The notes under the pieces were generated by a model that was not told the DNA's origin, made no database searches, and saw only the letters and a program-made list of their open reading frames with translations. Positions 29,630-39,946 of a DNA stretch of 64,000 nucleotides are shown here, piece after piece (position 1 is the first letter of the stretch; each line of letters opens with the position of its first letter). Origin of the DNA: a bacterium (GTDB lineage Bacteria; Patescibacteriota; Minisyncoccia; Moranbacterales; DUUL01); NCBI GenBank assembly GCA_018675685.1, contig JABGXP010000020.1, forward strand, positions 37,680-101,679, read 5' to 3'. The position numbers and the translations under genes were made by a program.

Positions 29630-32600
29630 ATGAAAAAAGGAAAGATTGCCCCAAGATATGACTTTGCGAAAATTGAAAAGAAATGGCAAAAAATTTGGCA
29701 AGAAAAGAAACTTTTCGAAATCAAGCTTGACGGTGCAAAAAAACCTTTTTATAACTTGATGATGTTTCCATACCCCTCAGCTGAAGGATTGCATGTGGGC
29801 GGCGTCTATACATACACAGGAGTTGATACCTTCGGACGCTTCAAGAGAATGCAAGGGTATGATGTGTTTGAGCCAATCGGATTAGATGGGTTTGGGATTC
29901 ATAGTGAGAACTATGCAATGAAAATCGGAGAACATATAGACGAGGTTTCGAAGAGAACGGAGAAGAATTTTTACAGGCAGCTAGGTTCAATTGGAAATAT
30001 GTTTGATTGGTCACGGACTGTGGAAACCTATAAACCAGAGTATTATCGCTGGACCCAATGGATATTCCTTCAGATGTTTAAGAAAGGTTTAGCATATCAA
30101 AAGAAAGCAAAAGTTAATTGGTGTCCTTCTTGTAAAACCGTTCTTTCGGATGAACAGGTGATTCAGGGACAATGTGAGAGATGTGACAGTTTTGTTGATA
30201 AACGAGAATTAAAACAATGGTTTTTTCGGATCACAAAATATGCTGATCGACTTTTGAAAAATTTGGACTGGATCGATTGGCCTGAGGATGTAAAAACAAA
30301 TCAGCGAAACTGGATTGGGCGAAGCGAAGGTGCGAATATTAAGTTTAAAGTTGAATATACTGGGGAAGAAAAGAGCGAATTAGAAGTTTTTACAACAAGA
30401 CCTGACACACTTTTTGGTGCAACATACATGGTGCTTGCGCCAGAGCATGAGCTTGTAAATAAAGCAAGGGAAGCTATTGAAAATTTTGATGAAGTCGAGA
30501 GGTATGCAAAGAAGGCGATCAGTAAGTCAGAGCAGGAAAGGAAGAACGATGAAAAAACTAAAACAGGAGTTGAATTGAAAGGTGTTTCGGCTATAAATCC
30601 TGTTAACGGTGATAAAATCCCAGTTTGGGTCGCTGACTATGTTTTGGCGGGCTATGGAACAGGAGCGATTATGGCAGTCCCAGCTCATGACCAGAGAGAT
30701 TTCGAATTTGCAAATAAATTTGGAATTGAGATTAGGCAAGTTGTGGCACCTTATTTTCCAGCTAAAAAAACAAGTGATCTTCCTGTTAGAGAGGACAGAA
30801 AAACCGTTAAAAGAAATGTCGTTTATGGAGTTGTTAAAAACCCAAAGACAGGGAAATTTTTAATGATTAGCTGGAAAGATTATCCAGGAAAGTCTTTTAT
30901 TATTGGTGGTGCTAAAGATAATGAAGATATAATAAATGCAGCTAGGCGCGAAGTCACGGAAGAGACTGGATATGCAAACTTGAAATTCGTTAAAAAATCT
31001 CAATTTGAAATCCACGCAAGTTATTTTGCTGTGCATAAAGATGAAAACCGATATGGAGTCATTAATTGGGTTTATTTTGAACTAGCAGATGAGACTAAGA
31101 AAGAAATTAAGAAGGAAGACGAAGGTAAGCATAAAATTTTCTGGGTCAAAGAAAAGGAAGTTGATAAAGAACTACCATATACGAATTATCATTATGCCTG
31201 GAAGACGCTTACTTCAGGAAAGGAGTGTGCTACTGACAATGGAATCATGATTAATTCCGGATTTTTAGATGGACTAAAAACTGATGAAGCTAAAACTAAA
31301 ATACTTAAGTGGCTTGAGAAAGAAAAAGTTGGGAAAAAATCAATCGATTTCAAATTACGAGATTGGTGTGTTTCTCGTCAAAGGTATTGGGGGCCTCCGA
31401 TTCCAATCGTATGGTGCAAGGAATGTGCGAAAAAGGAGAATAAAACAAAAGTTCTGTTTCTCCATGGTTTTGAAGGTAACGGTGAGTGTAATTGGTTTCC
31501 TGAATTAAAAAAGAAGTTAGAAAAAGCAGGTTGTGAAGTTTTTTCACCAACAATGCCATCACCTGAAAGTCCAAAATTCGAAGAGTGGATGAATGAAATC
31601 AAGGTCTACATGGACAAAATGGGAGAAAATGACGTGATTGTTGGTCACAGTCTTGGTTCTGGAGCTGCCATGCACTATCTTGGGCGAACAAATCAGAAAC
31701 TAAAAAAAGTATTTTTAGTTGCCGCCGCTGTTGGAGATGGTCCGCGAAGAGACTGGGACGCACTACGAAAAGCATGGCCAACTGCTGATGTTGATTCGTT
31801 AGAAAAGTTCTGGAAACATAAAATTGACTGGAAGTCAGTTAATAAAAGTGTCTTAAAAGAGACTAGGGTGATTTTCTCAAAAGACGATCCGTATATTGAC
31901 CCAGAACACTACAAACTTGTTGATTTGGATGATGTTGTTTTGGAAAAATGGGATGGATTAAAACACTTTATCACTGCTAGTTGTCCAAAACTAACTGACT
32001 ACATTACGGAGAATATCGTGGGAGATATTAGTCCTGTTGCAGTTCCTGTTCCAGACGAAAGTTTACCAGTCGAATTACCGCCAATGGAAAATTTTCTTCC
32101 CGAAGGAACTGGAAAGGGACCTTTGGCGCGGAACGAAGAGTTTGTGAAAACAACTTGTCCGGTTTGTGGCGCGGAGGCTGAAAGAGAAACTGATGTTTCA
32201 GATCCATTTGTAGACTCATCATGGTACTTTTTTCGATATCCATCAACTGAGTTCAATGACAATGCTTTTGATCCAGAGCGAACGAAAAAGTGGCTTCCAG
32301 TAGACAGTTATATTGGTGGAAAAGAACACACTGTGTTGCATTTACTCTATTCACGGTTTGTAACTATGGTTTTCAAGGATTTGGGGCTTATTGATTTTGA
32401 GGAGCCGTATAAAAGATTTTTTGGGCATGGACTTATCACAAAAGAAGGAGCGAAAATGTCGAAATCAAAGGGAAATGTTGTCAATCCAGATGATATGATT
32501 GAAAAATATGGTGCAGATACAACAAGAATGTATTTGAGATTTTTAGGAGACTTTTCACAAGGAGGGGATTGGAGAGACTCTGGCGTAGAGGGGATGAGCA

Positions 32601-33133
32601 AATTTGTAAAGAAGTTGTGGACTCTTTTTTCTGAGCTCAAAGGAGAAGGTGTTGGTCTAGGAAATCTTTCGATGATTGATAAAACGGTAAAGGTTGTTGG
32701 TGAAGACTTAGAAAGACTTTCATTTAACACAGCAGTCGCAAGACTTATGGAATTCACAAATTGGGCGAAGGAAAATAAAGCCGTTTTCAATAAAGAAGAA
32801 GCGGCGCAAGTGAGGAAAGTAATGGCACTCGTTTTTTCACCAATGATGCCTCATCTCGCAGAAGAATTTTGGGAAAAAATTGGAGGAAAAGATTCTGTTT
32901 GTAATCAATCTTGGCCAAAATATAATAAAGAGAATATTATTGATAGCGAAATCGAACTCGTAGTGCAGGTCAATGGGAAACTTCGAGATAAAGTTGTAGT
33001 TTCAAAGGATGTCAAAGAGGAAGAAGCTAAAAAATTAGCGCTTGAAAGTGAAAATGTACAAAAGTTCATAGAGCAAAAAGAGATAAAAAAAGTGATATAT
33101 GTTATCGGAAAACTTGTTAATATTGTTGTATAG
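29630..33133 (+). CDS. leuS: Leucine--tRNA ligase with inserted NUDIX and alpha/beta-hydrolase domains
   Basis: MFPYPSAEGLHVG, FTTRPDT, GTGAIMAVPAHDQRD, DWCVSRQRYWG, GGKEH, KMSKS, VQVNGKLR; 1167 aa. Confidence 0.96.
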   Translation: MKKGKIAPRYDFAKIEKKWQKIWQEKKLFEIKLDGAKKPFYNLMMFPYPSAEGLHVGGVYTYTGVDTFGRFKRMQGYDVFEPIGLDGFGIHSENYAMKIGEHIDEVSKRTEKNFYRQLGSIGNMFDWSRTVETYKPEYYRWTQWIFLQMFKKGLAYQKKAKVNWCPSCKTVLSDEQVIQGQCERCDSFVDKRELKQWFFRITKYADRLLKNLDWIDWPEDVKTNQRNWIGRSEGANIKFKVEYTGEEKSELEVFTTRPDTLFGATYMVLAPEHELVNKAREAIENFDEVERYAKKAISKSEQERKNDEKTKTGVELKGVSAINPVNGDKIPVWVADYVLAGYGTGAIMAVPAHDQRDFEFANKFGIEIRQVVAPYFPAKKTSDLPVREDRKTVKRNVVYGVVKNPKTGKFLMISWKDYPGKSFIIGGAKDNEDIINAARREVTEETGYANLKFVKKSQFEIHASYFAVHKDENRYGVINWVYFELADETKKEIKKEDEGKHKIFWVKEKEVDKELPYTNYHYAWKTLTSGKECATDNGIMINSGFLDGLKTDEAKTKILKWLEKEKVGKKSIDFKLRDWCVSRQRYWGPPIPIVWCKECAKKENKTKVLFLHGFEGNGECNWFPELKKKLEKAGCEVFSPTMPSPESPKFEEWMNEIKVYMDKMGENDVIVGHSLGSGAAMHYLGRTNQKLKKVFLVAAAVGDGPRRDWDALRKAWPTADVDSLEKFWKHKIDWKSVNKSVLKETRVIFSKDDPYIDPEHYKLVDLDDVVLEKWDGLKHFITASCPKLTDYITENIVGDISPVAVPVPDESLPVELPPMENFLPEGTGKGPLARNEEFVKTTCPVCGAEAERETDVSDPFVDSSWYFFRYPSTEFNDNAFDPERTKKWLPVDSYIGGKEHTVLHLLYSRFVTMVFKDLGLIDFEEPYKRFFGHGLITKEGAKMSKSKGNVVNPDDMIEKYGADTTRMYLRFLGDFSQGGDWRDSGVEGMSKFVKKLWTLFSELKGEGVGLGNLSMIDKTVKVVGEDLERLSFNTAVARLMEFTNWAKENKAVFNKEEAAQVRKVMALVFSPMMPHLAEEFWEKIGGKDSVCNQSWPKYNKENIIDSEIELVVQVNGKLRDKVVVSKDVKEEEAKKLALESENVQKFIEQKEIKKVIYVIGKLVNIVV

Positions 33134-33166
33134 ATAGGTGTCTTTTAATTACATTGGATTAAATAG

Positions 33167-35044
33167 ATGAAGAAAAAAAACAAAAAAAGGAAGGTTTTGG
33201 ATTCAGTAAACTTCCCCAGTGATATCAAAAAATTACCAGTGGAACGTCTGGAGAATCTTTGTGAAGACGTAAGAGCATTTGTAATTGAAACAGTTTCAAA
33301 AACAGGCGGCCATTTTGGTTCAAATTTAGGGGTAGTTGAATTAACAGTAGCCCTTCATCGTGTTTTTGATACACCAAAAGACCTCCTGATTTGGGACGTA
33401 GGTCATCAAGCCTATCCACATAAGATTCTCACAGGACGAAAAGATAAAATGTATACAATTCGCAAAAAAGGAGGGCTTTCACCGTTTCCTCGTCGTAGTG
33501 AGAGTGAATATGATGCTCTTGGAGTGGGACATTCCAGTACATCGATCGGCTCCGCAGTTGGAATGACGATTGCAAATAAAGGAAAACTAAATTCACCAAA
33601 AGTGATAGCTGTAATTGGTGATGCAGCGCTTACAGGAGGGATGGCATTAGAGGCGCTTAATCACGCAGGCGACATCAAGGCTGATGTTTTAGTTGTTTTA
33701 AACGACAATAAGATGTCAATTTCTCCAAACGTGGGAGGTATGAGAAAGTATCTTACGAGGCTTATCTCGTCTGAACCATATTTAAAGTTACGCGGTAAAG
33801 GAGAGAAAGTTCTAGGAAGGGTATCTCCTGGAGTTCAAGATTTTATGCGCAGAGCAGATTCTTACACCAGAGGGCTTATTACAAAAGGAACATTTTTTGA
33901 AGAATTAGGATTTAAGTATTATGGCCCCATCGATGGACATGACATAAAAACACTCACAGAAGTTCTAGAAAATTTGAAAAATATCAAAGGACCTAAATTT
34001 TTACATGTTGTAACAAAAAAAGGAAAAGGATATAAATTTGCTGAAGACGACGCCTTTTCTTTGCATGCTGTAAAACCTTTTGACCCGGTTACTGGAAAAA
34101 ACAATGGACCAAAAAATTCCAACATTACCTATACGAAAGTATTTTCCCAGTGGATTTGTGATAAGGCAAAGAGAGAAAGCGACTTGCATGCAATTACACC
34201 TGCGATGTGTGAGGGTTCAGGATTGGCAAAATTTAGCAGAGAGTTCCCAGAGAGATATCATGACGTTGGAATTGCAGAGCAACATGCTGTAACCTTCGCT
34301 GCTGGTCTTGCTTGTCAAAAGAAAAAGCCAGTAGTAGCAATCTATTCATCATTTTTACAACGTGCCTATGACCAGTTGATTCATGATGTAGCCTTACAGG
34401 AATTAGACATTCTTTTTGCTATTGATCGAGCAGGCATCGTTGGAGCTGATGGTGCAACCCACGCGGGTACTTTTGATCTTTCTTTTTTACGTCCAATTCC
34501 GAATTTAGTTTTAATGGCTCCTTCTTCGGAGAATGAGTGCTATAAGATGCTTGATTTTGGATATGATTACAAGGGGATTGTGGCTGTTAGGTATCCAAGG
34601 GGAGGTGGGAGTGATAAGTATGAAAAAGGCAAAGATATTTCAATTGAGCTTGGAAAGGCTAAAGTTTTTGTAAAAGGAAGGGATGTTGCCATTTTAGCAT
34701 TTGGATCGATGGTTGAGAATTCGAGGAGAGCTGCTAAGGAGATCGGAGCTACGCTTGTTGATATGCGCTTTATAAAACCATTAGACGAAAAACTTTTAAA
34801 AGAGCTTGCAAAAGATCATAAATTTTTCATTACAGTCGAAGACAATGTAATTGCTGGAGGTGCTGGAAGCGCTGTTAATGAGTTTGTTTTAAATAGCGGC
34901 ATTGGAGTTGCAGTTAAGAATCTTGGTCTGCCAGATTTTTTTACTGTACATGGTGCAAGGGATGAAATTTTGGAAGAAATTGGACTCGGAGAAGTAGGAA
35001 TCTTGAAATCAATTGAAAAATTTTTAATAAAAAATAGAAAATAA
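33167..35044 (+). CDS. dxs: 1-deoxy-D-xylulose-5-phosphate synthase
   Basis: GGHFGSNLGVVEL, WDVGHQAYPHK, GHSSTS, GDAALTGG, GIAEQH, DRAG, RYPRG. Confidence 0.96.
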   Translation: MKKKNKKRKVLDSVNFPSDIKKLPVERLENLCEDVRAFVIETVSKTGGHFGSNLGVVELTVALHRVFDTPKDLLIWDVGHQAYPHKILTGRKDKMYTIRKKGGLSPFPRRSESEYDALGVGHSSTSIGSAVGMTIANKGKLNSPKVIAVIGDAALTGGMALEALNHAGDIKADVLVVLNDNKMSISPNVGGMRKYLTRLISSEPYLKLRGKGEKVLGRVSPGVQDFMRRADSYTRGLITKGTFFEELGFKYYGPIDGHDIKTLTEVLENLKNIKGPKFLHVVTKKGKGYKFAEDDAFSLHAVKPFDPVTGKNNGPKNSNITYTKVFSQWICDKAKRESDLHAITPAMCEGSGLAKFSREFPERYHDVGIAEQHAVTFAAGLACQKKKPVVAIYSSFLQRAYDQLIHDVALQELDILFAIDRAGIVGADGATHAGTFDLSFLRPIPNLVLMAPSSENECYKMLDFGYDYKGIVAVRYPRGGGSDKYEKGKDISIELGKAKVFVKGRDVAILAFGSMVENSRRAAKEIGATLVDMRFIKPLDEKLLKELAKDHKFFITVEDNVIAGGAGSAVNEFVLNSGIGVAVKNLGLPDFFTVHGARDEILEEIGLGEVGILKSIEKFLIKNRK

Positions 35045-35182
35045 AACATCACAAAGAGGAATTTCAAACAAATCAAAAAATATGCTACAATGATGCTACG
35101 GACAGAAGAAGGAAACTTTCTAGTTTGATTTCCAGAGAATTGCCTGGAAAGAGACAATTGAAAACACCCCTTAAAAAACAAA

Positions 35183-36451
35183 ATGCAACTATTTAAAAAG
35201 ATTTTTTCCAGAAAGTCATCTGGGAGTGATTATGTGATTTCGCTTGATATCGGCACTGAGTTTGTGAAAGTGCTTGTTTTTAGAGTGGATGAGGACAATC
35301 AAAAAGGGATTGTAGTTGGTTTTGGAAAGAGAAGACAAAAGCTTAGAAACATGATCTCAGGAGCTGTCAGTGACATTAATGGAGTGATCGAAACTTGTCG
35401 TGGTGCAATCGATGAAGCAGAAGAAATGGCTGGAATAAAAAATGTGCAAAGAGCTATTATGGGAATTGCAGGAGAATTAGTCAAAGGAACAACAACCACC
35501 GTTCACTATGAGCGCGCAAAACCTGAAATTAGAATTGATATGCCAGAACTTAAAAATATAATTTCGAAAGTCCAATGGAAAGCATTCGATCGGATTAGAA
35601 AGCAACTGGCATGGGAAACTGGTCATAATGAAATAGATGTTGAGCTTATTAATGCTGCTATTGTGGGTGTAAAAATAGATGGATATCGCATCTCTGATCC
35701 AATGGGTTTTCAAGGAAGAGACGTCTCTATTAGTGTTTTTAATGCTTATGCGCCAATGATGCACCTGGGGGCACTTCATAAAATTGCGAATGAGTTAAAT
35801 TTGGAATTGCTTTCGATTGCTGCAGAGCCATATGCAGTTGCGCAGTCAATGGGCACATACAACAACCCAGATTTCGGTGCTATCATTATTGATATTGGAG
35901 GGGGAACAACCGATGTTGCGCTAGTAAGAAATGGGGGATTAGAAGGAACGGTCATGTATGCTTTTGGGGGAAGGGCCTTTACGAAACGACTTGCGACCTC
36001 TTTAGACCTGGGGTTTGATGAGGCGGAAAAGTTGAAAATGAAATACTCGCTAGGAAGACTTTCTCCTGAAATGACAAAAAGGGTAGACAAAATTTTTGAA
36101 TCAGATTGTGAAATTTGGGCTTCTGGGCTTGAGATTGCACTGGATAGTTTTTCTAATTATGACCTTTTGCCTCCAAGGATCCTGCTTTGTGGTGGAGGCA
36201 GTGGTCTGCCAGGAATAGGAAGAATTTTAGCAAAAGGTGAGTGGATTGATAATATACCAATATCTTCACAACCAAAAGTGAGTTTTATTCAACCAAGGGA
36301 TGTAGTGAACATTGTAGATCAAACAAAGCAGTTAAAGAGTCCGCAATTAGTAGCACCAATGGGGCTTGCAAACTTAGTGCTGGGCTTAACTGGGGAAGAG
36401 AAGGTACTTTCTAATGTACTTGGAAAAGCAGTGAAAATAATACAAAACTAA
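35183..36451 (+). CDS. FtsA-like actin-fold ATPase
   Basis: SLDIGTEFVK, AEPYA, IDIGGGTTD, LCGGGS. Confidence 0.85.
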   Translation: MQLFKKIFSRKSSGSDYVISLDIGTEFVKVLVFRVDEDNQKGIVVGFGKRRQKLRNMISGAVSDINGVIETCRGAIDEAEEMAGIKNVQRAIMGIAGELVKGTTTTVHYERAKPEIRIDMPELKNIISKVQWKAFDRIRKQLAWETGHNEIDVELINAAIVGVKIDGYRISDPMGFQGRDVSISVFNAYAPMMHLGALHKIANELNLELLSIAAEPYAVAQSMGTYNNPDFGAIIIDIGGGTTDVALVRNGGLEGTVMYAFGGRAFTKRLATSLDLGFDEAEKLKMKYSLGRLSPEMTKRVDKIFESDCEIWASGLEIALDSFSNYDLLPPRILLCGGGSGLPGIGRILAKGEWIDNIPISSQPKVSFIQPRDVVNIVDQTKQLKSPQLVAPMGLANLVLGLTGEEKVLSNVLGKAVKIIQN

Positions 36452-36484
36452 AAAGATTTAAAATAAAAAGATAAGTGGAATTTT

Positions 36485-38734
36485 ATGCATAAGACGATTT
36501 ATATCGACATAGACGAAGAAATAACCAGTGTTTTGGATAAAATAAGAGACGAAAAATCTAGTGAGATTTGCATTGTTGTTCCGAAGAACGCAGCCTTGAC
36601 ACAGGGAATTATCAATTTGAAATTGTTGAAAAAAGAGTCGGCTAAGTACGGAAAAACAATAGTAATCGCAACTAACGATCCCCAGGCTAGGAAAGTTATC
36701 AAGCGCCTTGAAATAAAAACACAAGAGATTGCAGAAACTGATTTGAAAGGGAGTAGCGAGTTAAAGAAAGTCGAAAAGACTGAAAAGGAAACTGAGCCAA
36801 TGGAAATCCAAGAGGAAGCAAACAATCAAACTGAAGAACTCAAAGGTGAAATCAAGATGACAAAAGAAGAATTTGTGACCAGCGATATAGGTTCAGAGAC
36901 ATTTTTTGATGGAATTATTCCGGAGCCAATCATTGATGATAAAAAGGAGAACAATATCAAAAGTGATATTAAAAAACAAGAACCAAATTTAATCTCACCG
37001 AATGAATTGCGCGAAGAATTATATCCCAGAAAAACAGATTTTAAGAATGAAAAAGTTCCACAGATAAAGCAGAAAAAAAATAAAGAGACCGTTTCTGCAA
37101 GTTTGGAAGAGATGTCTGATTTGAAGCCAGTAACAACCGTTGATAAACAAAACGACCTAATAAAAAGAGTTGATACAATGGACAGACAAGCTAAAACTGT
37201 CAGAAAAATCACTCCTTCAGAAGGGAAGAATTCTTCCGAAGCAAACCCAGCCATGAAAACAATTCCAAGAGGAGGCAAAACAGTTGTTTCTCGTTCAGTC
37301 GACTTTGGAGATAAAATGCAAGAATCAAAAAAAGGTCCAAGTAACGGAAGAGTATTAGCTACCAGTTTTGATTTGCAGAAGCAATCGTCCGAGGGAGGAG
37401 ATTTCAAGGTAACAGAAGAGCTCAATTTAAAAAGCTTTGATGAAGAAACTTCGAAGAAAGCAGAAGAATTTTTTGGAATAGAGCCCAAGAAACCAAAGGA
37501 GTCCATAAAAGAGATGAAAAAACAAGTAAAGAGGGTTGAGAAGGAAATTGTCCAGTCAAAAAACCAAAAGGGATTTATAAGGCGCTGGGGATTTGCTATT
37601 ATGATAGCCTTTTCATTTGTTGGAATTGGTGGTTTTACTGCTTGGGGGTATATGAATTATCCACAGGCTGAAATTAAAATTCATCCAAGAAAGAAAGATT
37701 TTTCTAAAGAGATTAAAATTTCAGTCAAAGAAGGCGCAGATAAAAGCGGCTTTGAGAAAGGTGTTATTCCAGGGCAATACAAGGAAATGACAGTTCAAAA
37801 GACAATGAAGTTCAATGCTACTGGTGAGACCTACGCGACTGATGATGGAAAAGCAAAAGGAAAAGTTACTATATATAATAAGTATTCAAAAAAAGAACAA
37901 CCCCTTGTTGCGACTACAAGAGTTCTCTCTAAAGAAGGTAAGCTGTTTAGACTTATTAAGGGCGTTACAGTTCCGGGAATGGAAAATGATAATCCTGGCA
38001 CAGTCGAAGCCGCTGTGATTGCTGATAAGCCAGGGGAGGAGTTTAATATCGGTTCTTCCGCTTTTACGATTGAGGGATTTAAGGGGAAACCACAGTATGA
38101 TAAATTTGAAGTGAAATCTTTCGAACCAATGACAGATGGAGGTTCTCCGGATTCAAACAAGAAATTATCCATGATCTCGATAGCTGATATCGCAAGGGCT
38201 CGTGAAAAAACAATTACAGCTTTAGAAAAAAGTCTTGAAGAAGAAGTGAAAGCCCAATTAGGAGTTGAAATGAGTGCGATGTTTGACTCAGTTGAAAAAG
38301 AAATTATAGGAGCTTCTTCTACTAATGAGGTCAAGGATGTCGTGAAAAGTTTTTCATACACTGTTGAGCAAAAAATTAAATTGATTACTTTTCTGACAGC
38401 AGATGTTAATTCAGCCGTACTTCTTGGCATGAGACAGGATGTTGAAGATGGCTATGAAATAGAAGAGTCTGAAAGTAATGTTACTTTCAAAAAAAGTATC
38501 ACTGATCTTGAAAAGAAAACAATGACGATGTATCTAGATTCCTCAGCCACAGCTTGGCCAATAATCGAAGCGGAGCAGTTAGCGCAAAGTATTGCTGAGA
38601 AAAAGGAAGAAGAAATTCGTGTTATCTTGCTAGGATATCCCACAATTGAAAAAATTGAATTTTTAGTGAAACCGTCCTGGTTAACAGGTCTGCCAATTTC
38701 AAAGGACAAGATTGATGTTTCAGTTGTGAAATAG
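36485..38734 (+). CDS. Membrane protein with N-terminal globular domain, long disordered linker and baseplate J/gp47-like C-terminal region
   Basis: IYIDIDEEITSV N-terminus, single TM, KAKGKVTIYN..TRV..GKLFRL..VIADKPGEEFNI resembles baseplate-J-like domain. Confidence 0.65.
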   Translation: MHKTIYIDIDEEITSVLDKIRDEKSSEICIVVPKNAALTQGIINLKLLKKESAKYGKTIVIATNDPQARKVIKRLEIKTQEIAETDLKGSSELKKVEKTEKETEPMEIQEEANNQTEELKGEIKMTKEEFVTSDIGSETFFDGIIPEPIIDDKKENNIKSDIKKQEPNLISPNELREELYPRKTDFKNEKVPQIKQKKNKETVSASLEEMSDLKPVTTVDKQNDLIKRVDTMDRQAKTVRKITPSEGKNSSEANPAMKTIPRGGKTVVSRSVDFGDKMQESKKGPSNGRVLATSFDLQKQSSEGGDFKVTEELNLKSFDEETSKKAEEFFGIEPKKPKESIKEMKKQVKRVEKEIVQSKNQKGFIRRWGFAIMIAFSFVGIGGFTAWGYMNYPQAEIKIHPRKKDFSKEIKISVKEGADKSGFEKGVIPGQYKEMTVQKTMKFNATGETYATDDGKAKGKVTIYNKYSKKEQPLVATTRVLSKEGKLFRLIKGVTVPGMENDNPGTVEAAVIADKPGEEFNIGSSAFTIEGFKGKPQYDKFEVKSFEPMTDGGSPDSNKKLSMISIADIARAREKTITALEKSLEEEVKAQLGVEMSAMFDSVEKEIIGASSTNEVKDVVKSFSYTVEQKIKLITFLTADVNSAVLLGMRQDVEDGYEIEESESNVTFKKSITDLEKKTMTMYLDSSATAWPIIEAEQLAQSIAEKKEEEIRVILLGYPTIEKIEFLVKPSWLTGLPISKDKIDVSVVK

Positions 38735-38763
38735 TAAGAGCAGTGGGTTTTTAAACTCAAATT

Positions 38764-38799
38764 AAAAAGGTATGTTCCGATTTGGAACACACCTTTTTT
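38764..38799. terminator. Bidirectional terminator
   Basis: AAAAAGGTATGTTCC-GATTT-GGAACACACCTTTTTT. Confidence 0.7.
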
Positions 38800-38824
38800 C
38801 TTTCTGATAAAAGAACTGCGGTTT

Positions 38825-39508
38825 TTAAGGGTTAAATAAAAGGCCCGTATCAATTTTGGAAAACAGACTTTTAGCGTACTCCTTAATTGTTGTGCTTTTG
38901 GGTTGAAAATCTGGCTGACCAGCGACTGATGCGTCAGCTGCATCCAGAATGTTCTGAATCTGTTGATCACTAAATTTTACAAGCTTTAGATAATATAGAG
39001 CGCCGAGAAACAACGACATATCCTCCCATTCTTTAAGACCAGAGGCTGCGCCAATGATGCTGAGGATGATTACTTTGCCAGAAACGGAAATCAGTTTAAA
39101 GATAACATGAGCTGATCCGCCCCATTTGCTGTTCGTAGGATCCCTGTTTTGATGAGAGCAGATAAGGTTGGAAAAGATAGTCCGCTGTACCTTTTCAGCT
39201 GCAAAACGCGAACAATTTTTCTCAAATTCGATATCCGGAAAAGTCTTTCCAATTTTCTCATGAATTGGCACCGGCACCAAAGAATGATCTGTGTACATGA
39301 ATTCACAATTAAAATAGACTGCCTTTCTGTCAGGTGCCAATGTCTGGTTGGCATCCAGCATAAGTCCCAAAACCTTTCCCATACTGTTTATGAGTTGAGG
39401 TCCTAAGTCCGTTGTATGTGTAAGCAATTTAAACAAATCCTTTTGCTCGCTTTCCTTAATTACAATTGGCGTAACTTTTTCCTCATAAATTAACTTTGAT
39501 TCTGGCAT
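38825..39508 (-). CDS. Hypothetical protein
   Basis: 227-aa ORF with AGGAGG SD; no recognised motif. Confidence 0.7.
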   Translation of the reverse strand: MPESKLIYEEKVTPIVIKESEQKDLFKLLTHTTDLGPQLINSMGKVLGLMLDANQTLAPDRKAVYFNCEFMYTDHSLVPVPIHEKIGKTFPDIEFEKNCSRFAAEKVQRTIFSNLICSHQNRDPTNSKWGGSAHVIFKLISVSGKVIILSIIGAASGLKEWEDMSLFLGALYYLKLVKFSDQQIQNILDAADASVAGQPDFQPKSTTIKEYAKSLFSKIDTGLLFNP

Positions 39509-39622
39509 CTTCCGCTCCTCCTGTAAAATCCTAGATTTAAGTAAGCACTACTCCAATTTTAGCCTGAGTAACATTTTAAAATACACACAAACAATCCGAA
39601 TCATGTTTGCTATTGGCGACAT

Positions 39623-39946
39623 TCACTTTTTGCAAAAAGATGTAAAAACAATTTTTTCCAAGTCTCCCAGAGTATCATCCTGGCTGACAGTAACGGAGAA
39701 ACTTATGCTCCTAGAGTCTTTTAATTGCTTTATTCCATTACAAATTGCTAGAAGAGCTAAATGGATAGCGTTAAGGTTGCTAGATTTTCCATTTTCTAGC
39801 TGTAAGTACTGAATTTTAATTACTTCCTCTTTGGTTAATTCCAAAACAACCTTCTCTTTGTAGCCAATAGTTTTTATACTACCAGCAATACTTTTGAAGA
39901 TTTCCCTTAAGTCAAGAATAAATTCCCTTCCATTAATTTTAGCCAT
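39623..39946 (-). CDS. Hypothetical protein
   Basis: 107-aa ORF with GGAGG SD and upstream TTGACA. Confidence 0.65.
   Translation of the reverse strand: MAKINGREFILDLREIFKSIAGSIKTIGYKEKVVLELTKEEVIKIQYLQLENGKSSNLNAIHLALLAICNGIKQLKDSRSISFSVTVSQDDTLGDLEKIVFTSFCKK

Noticed and set aside
30750-32030. Inteins in leuS
   Set aside because: No C/S start with HN-C/S/T end or homing endonuclease motifs; inserts look like NUDIX and hydrolase domains.
36485-38734. Prophage or contractile injection system suggested by baseplate-J similarity
   Set aside because: No sheath, tube, terminase or integrase nearby; the protein has a TM and housekeeping context.
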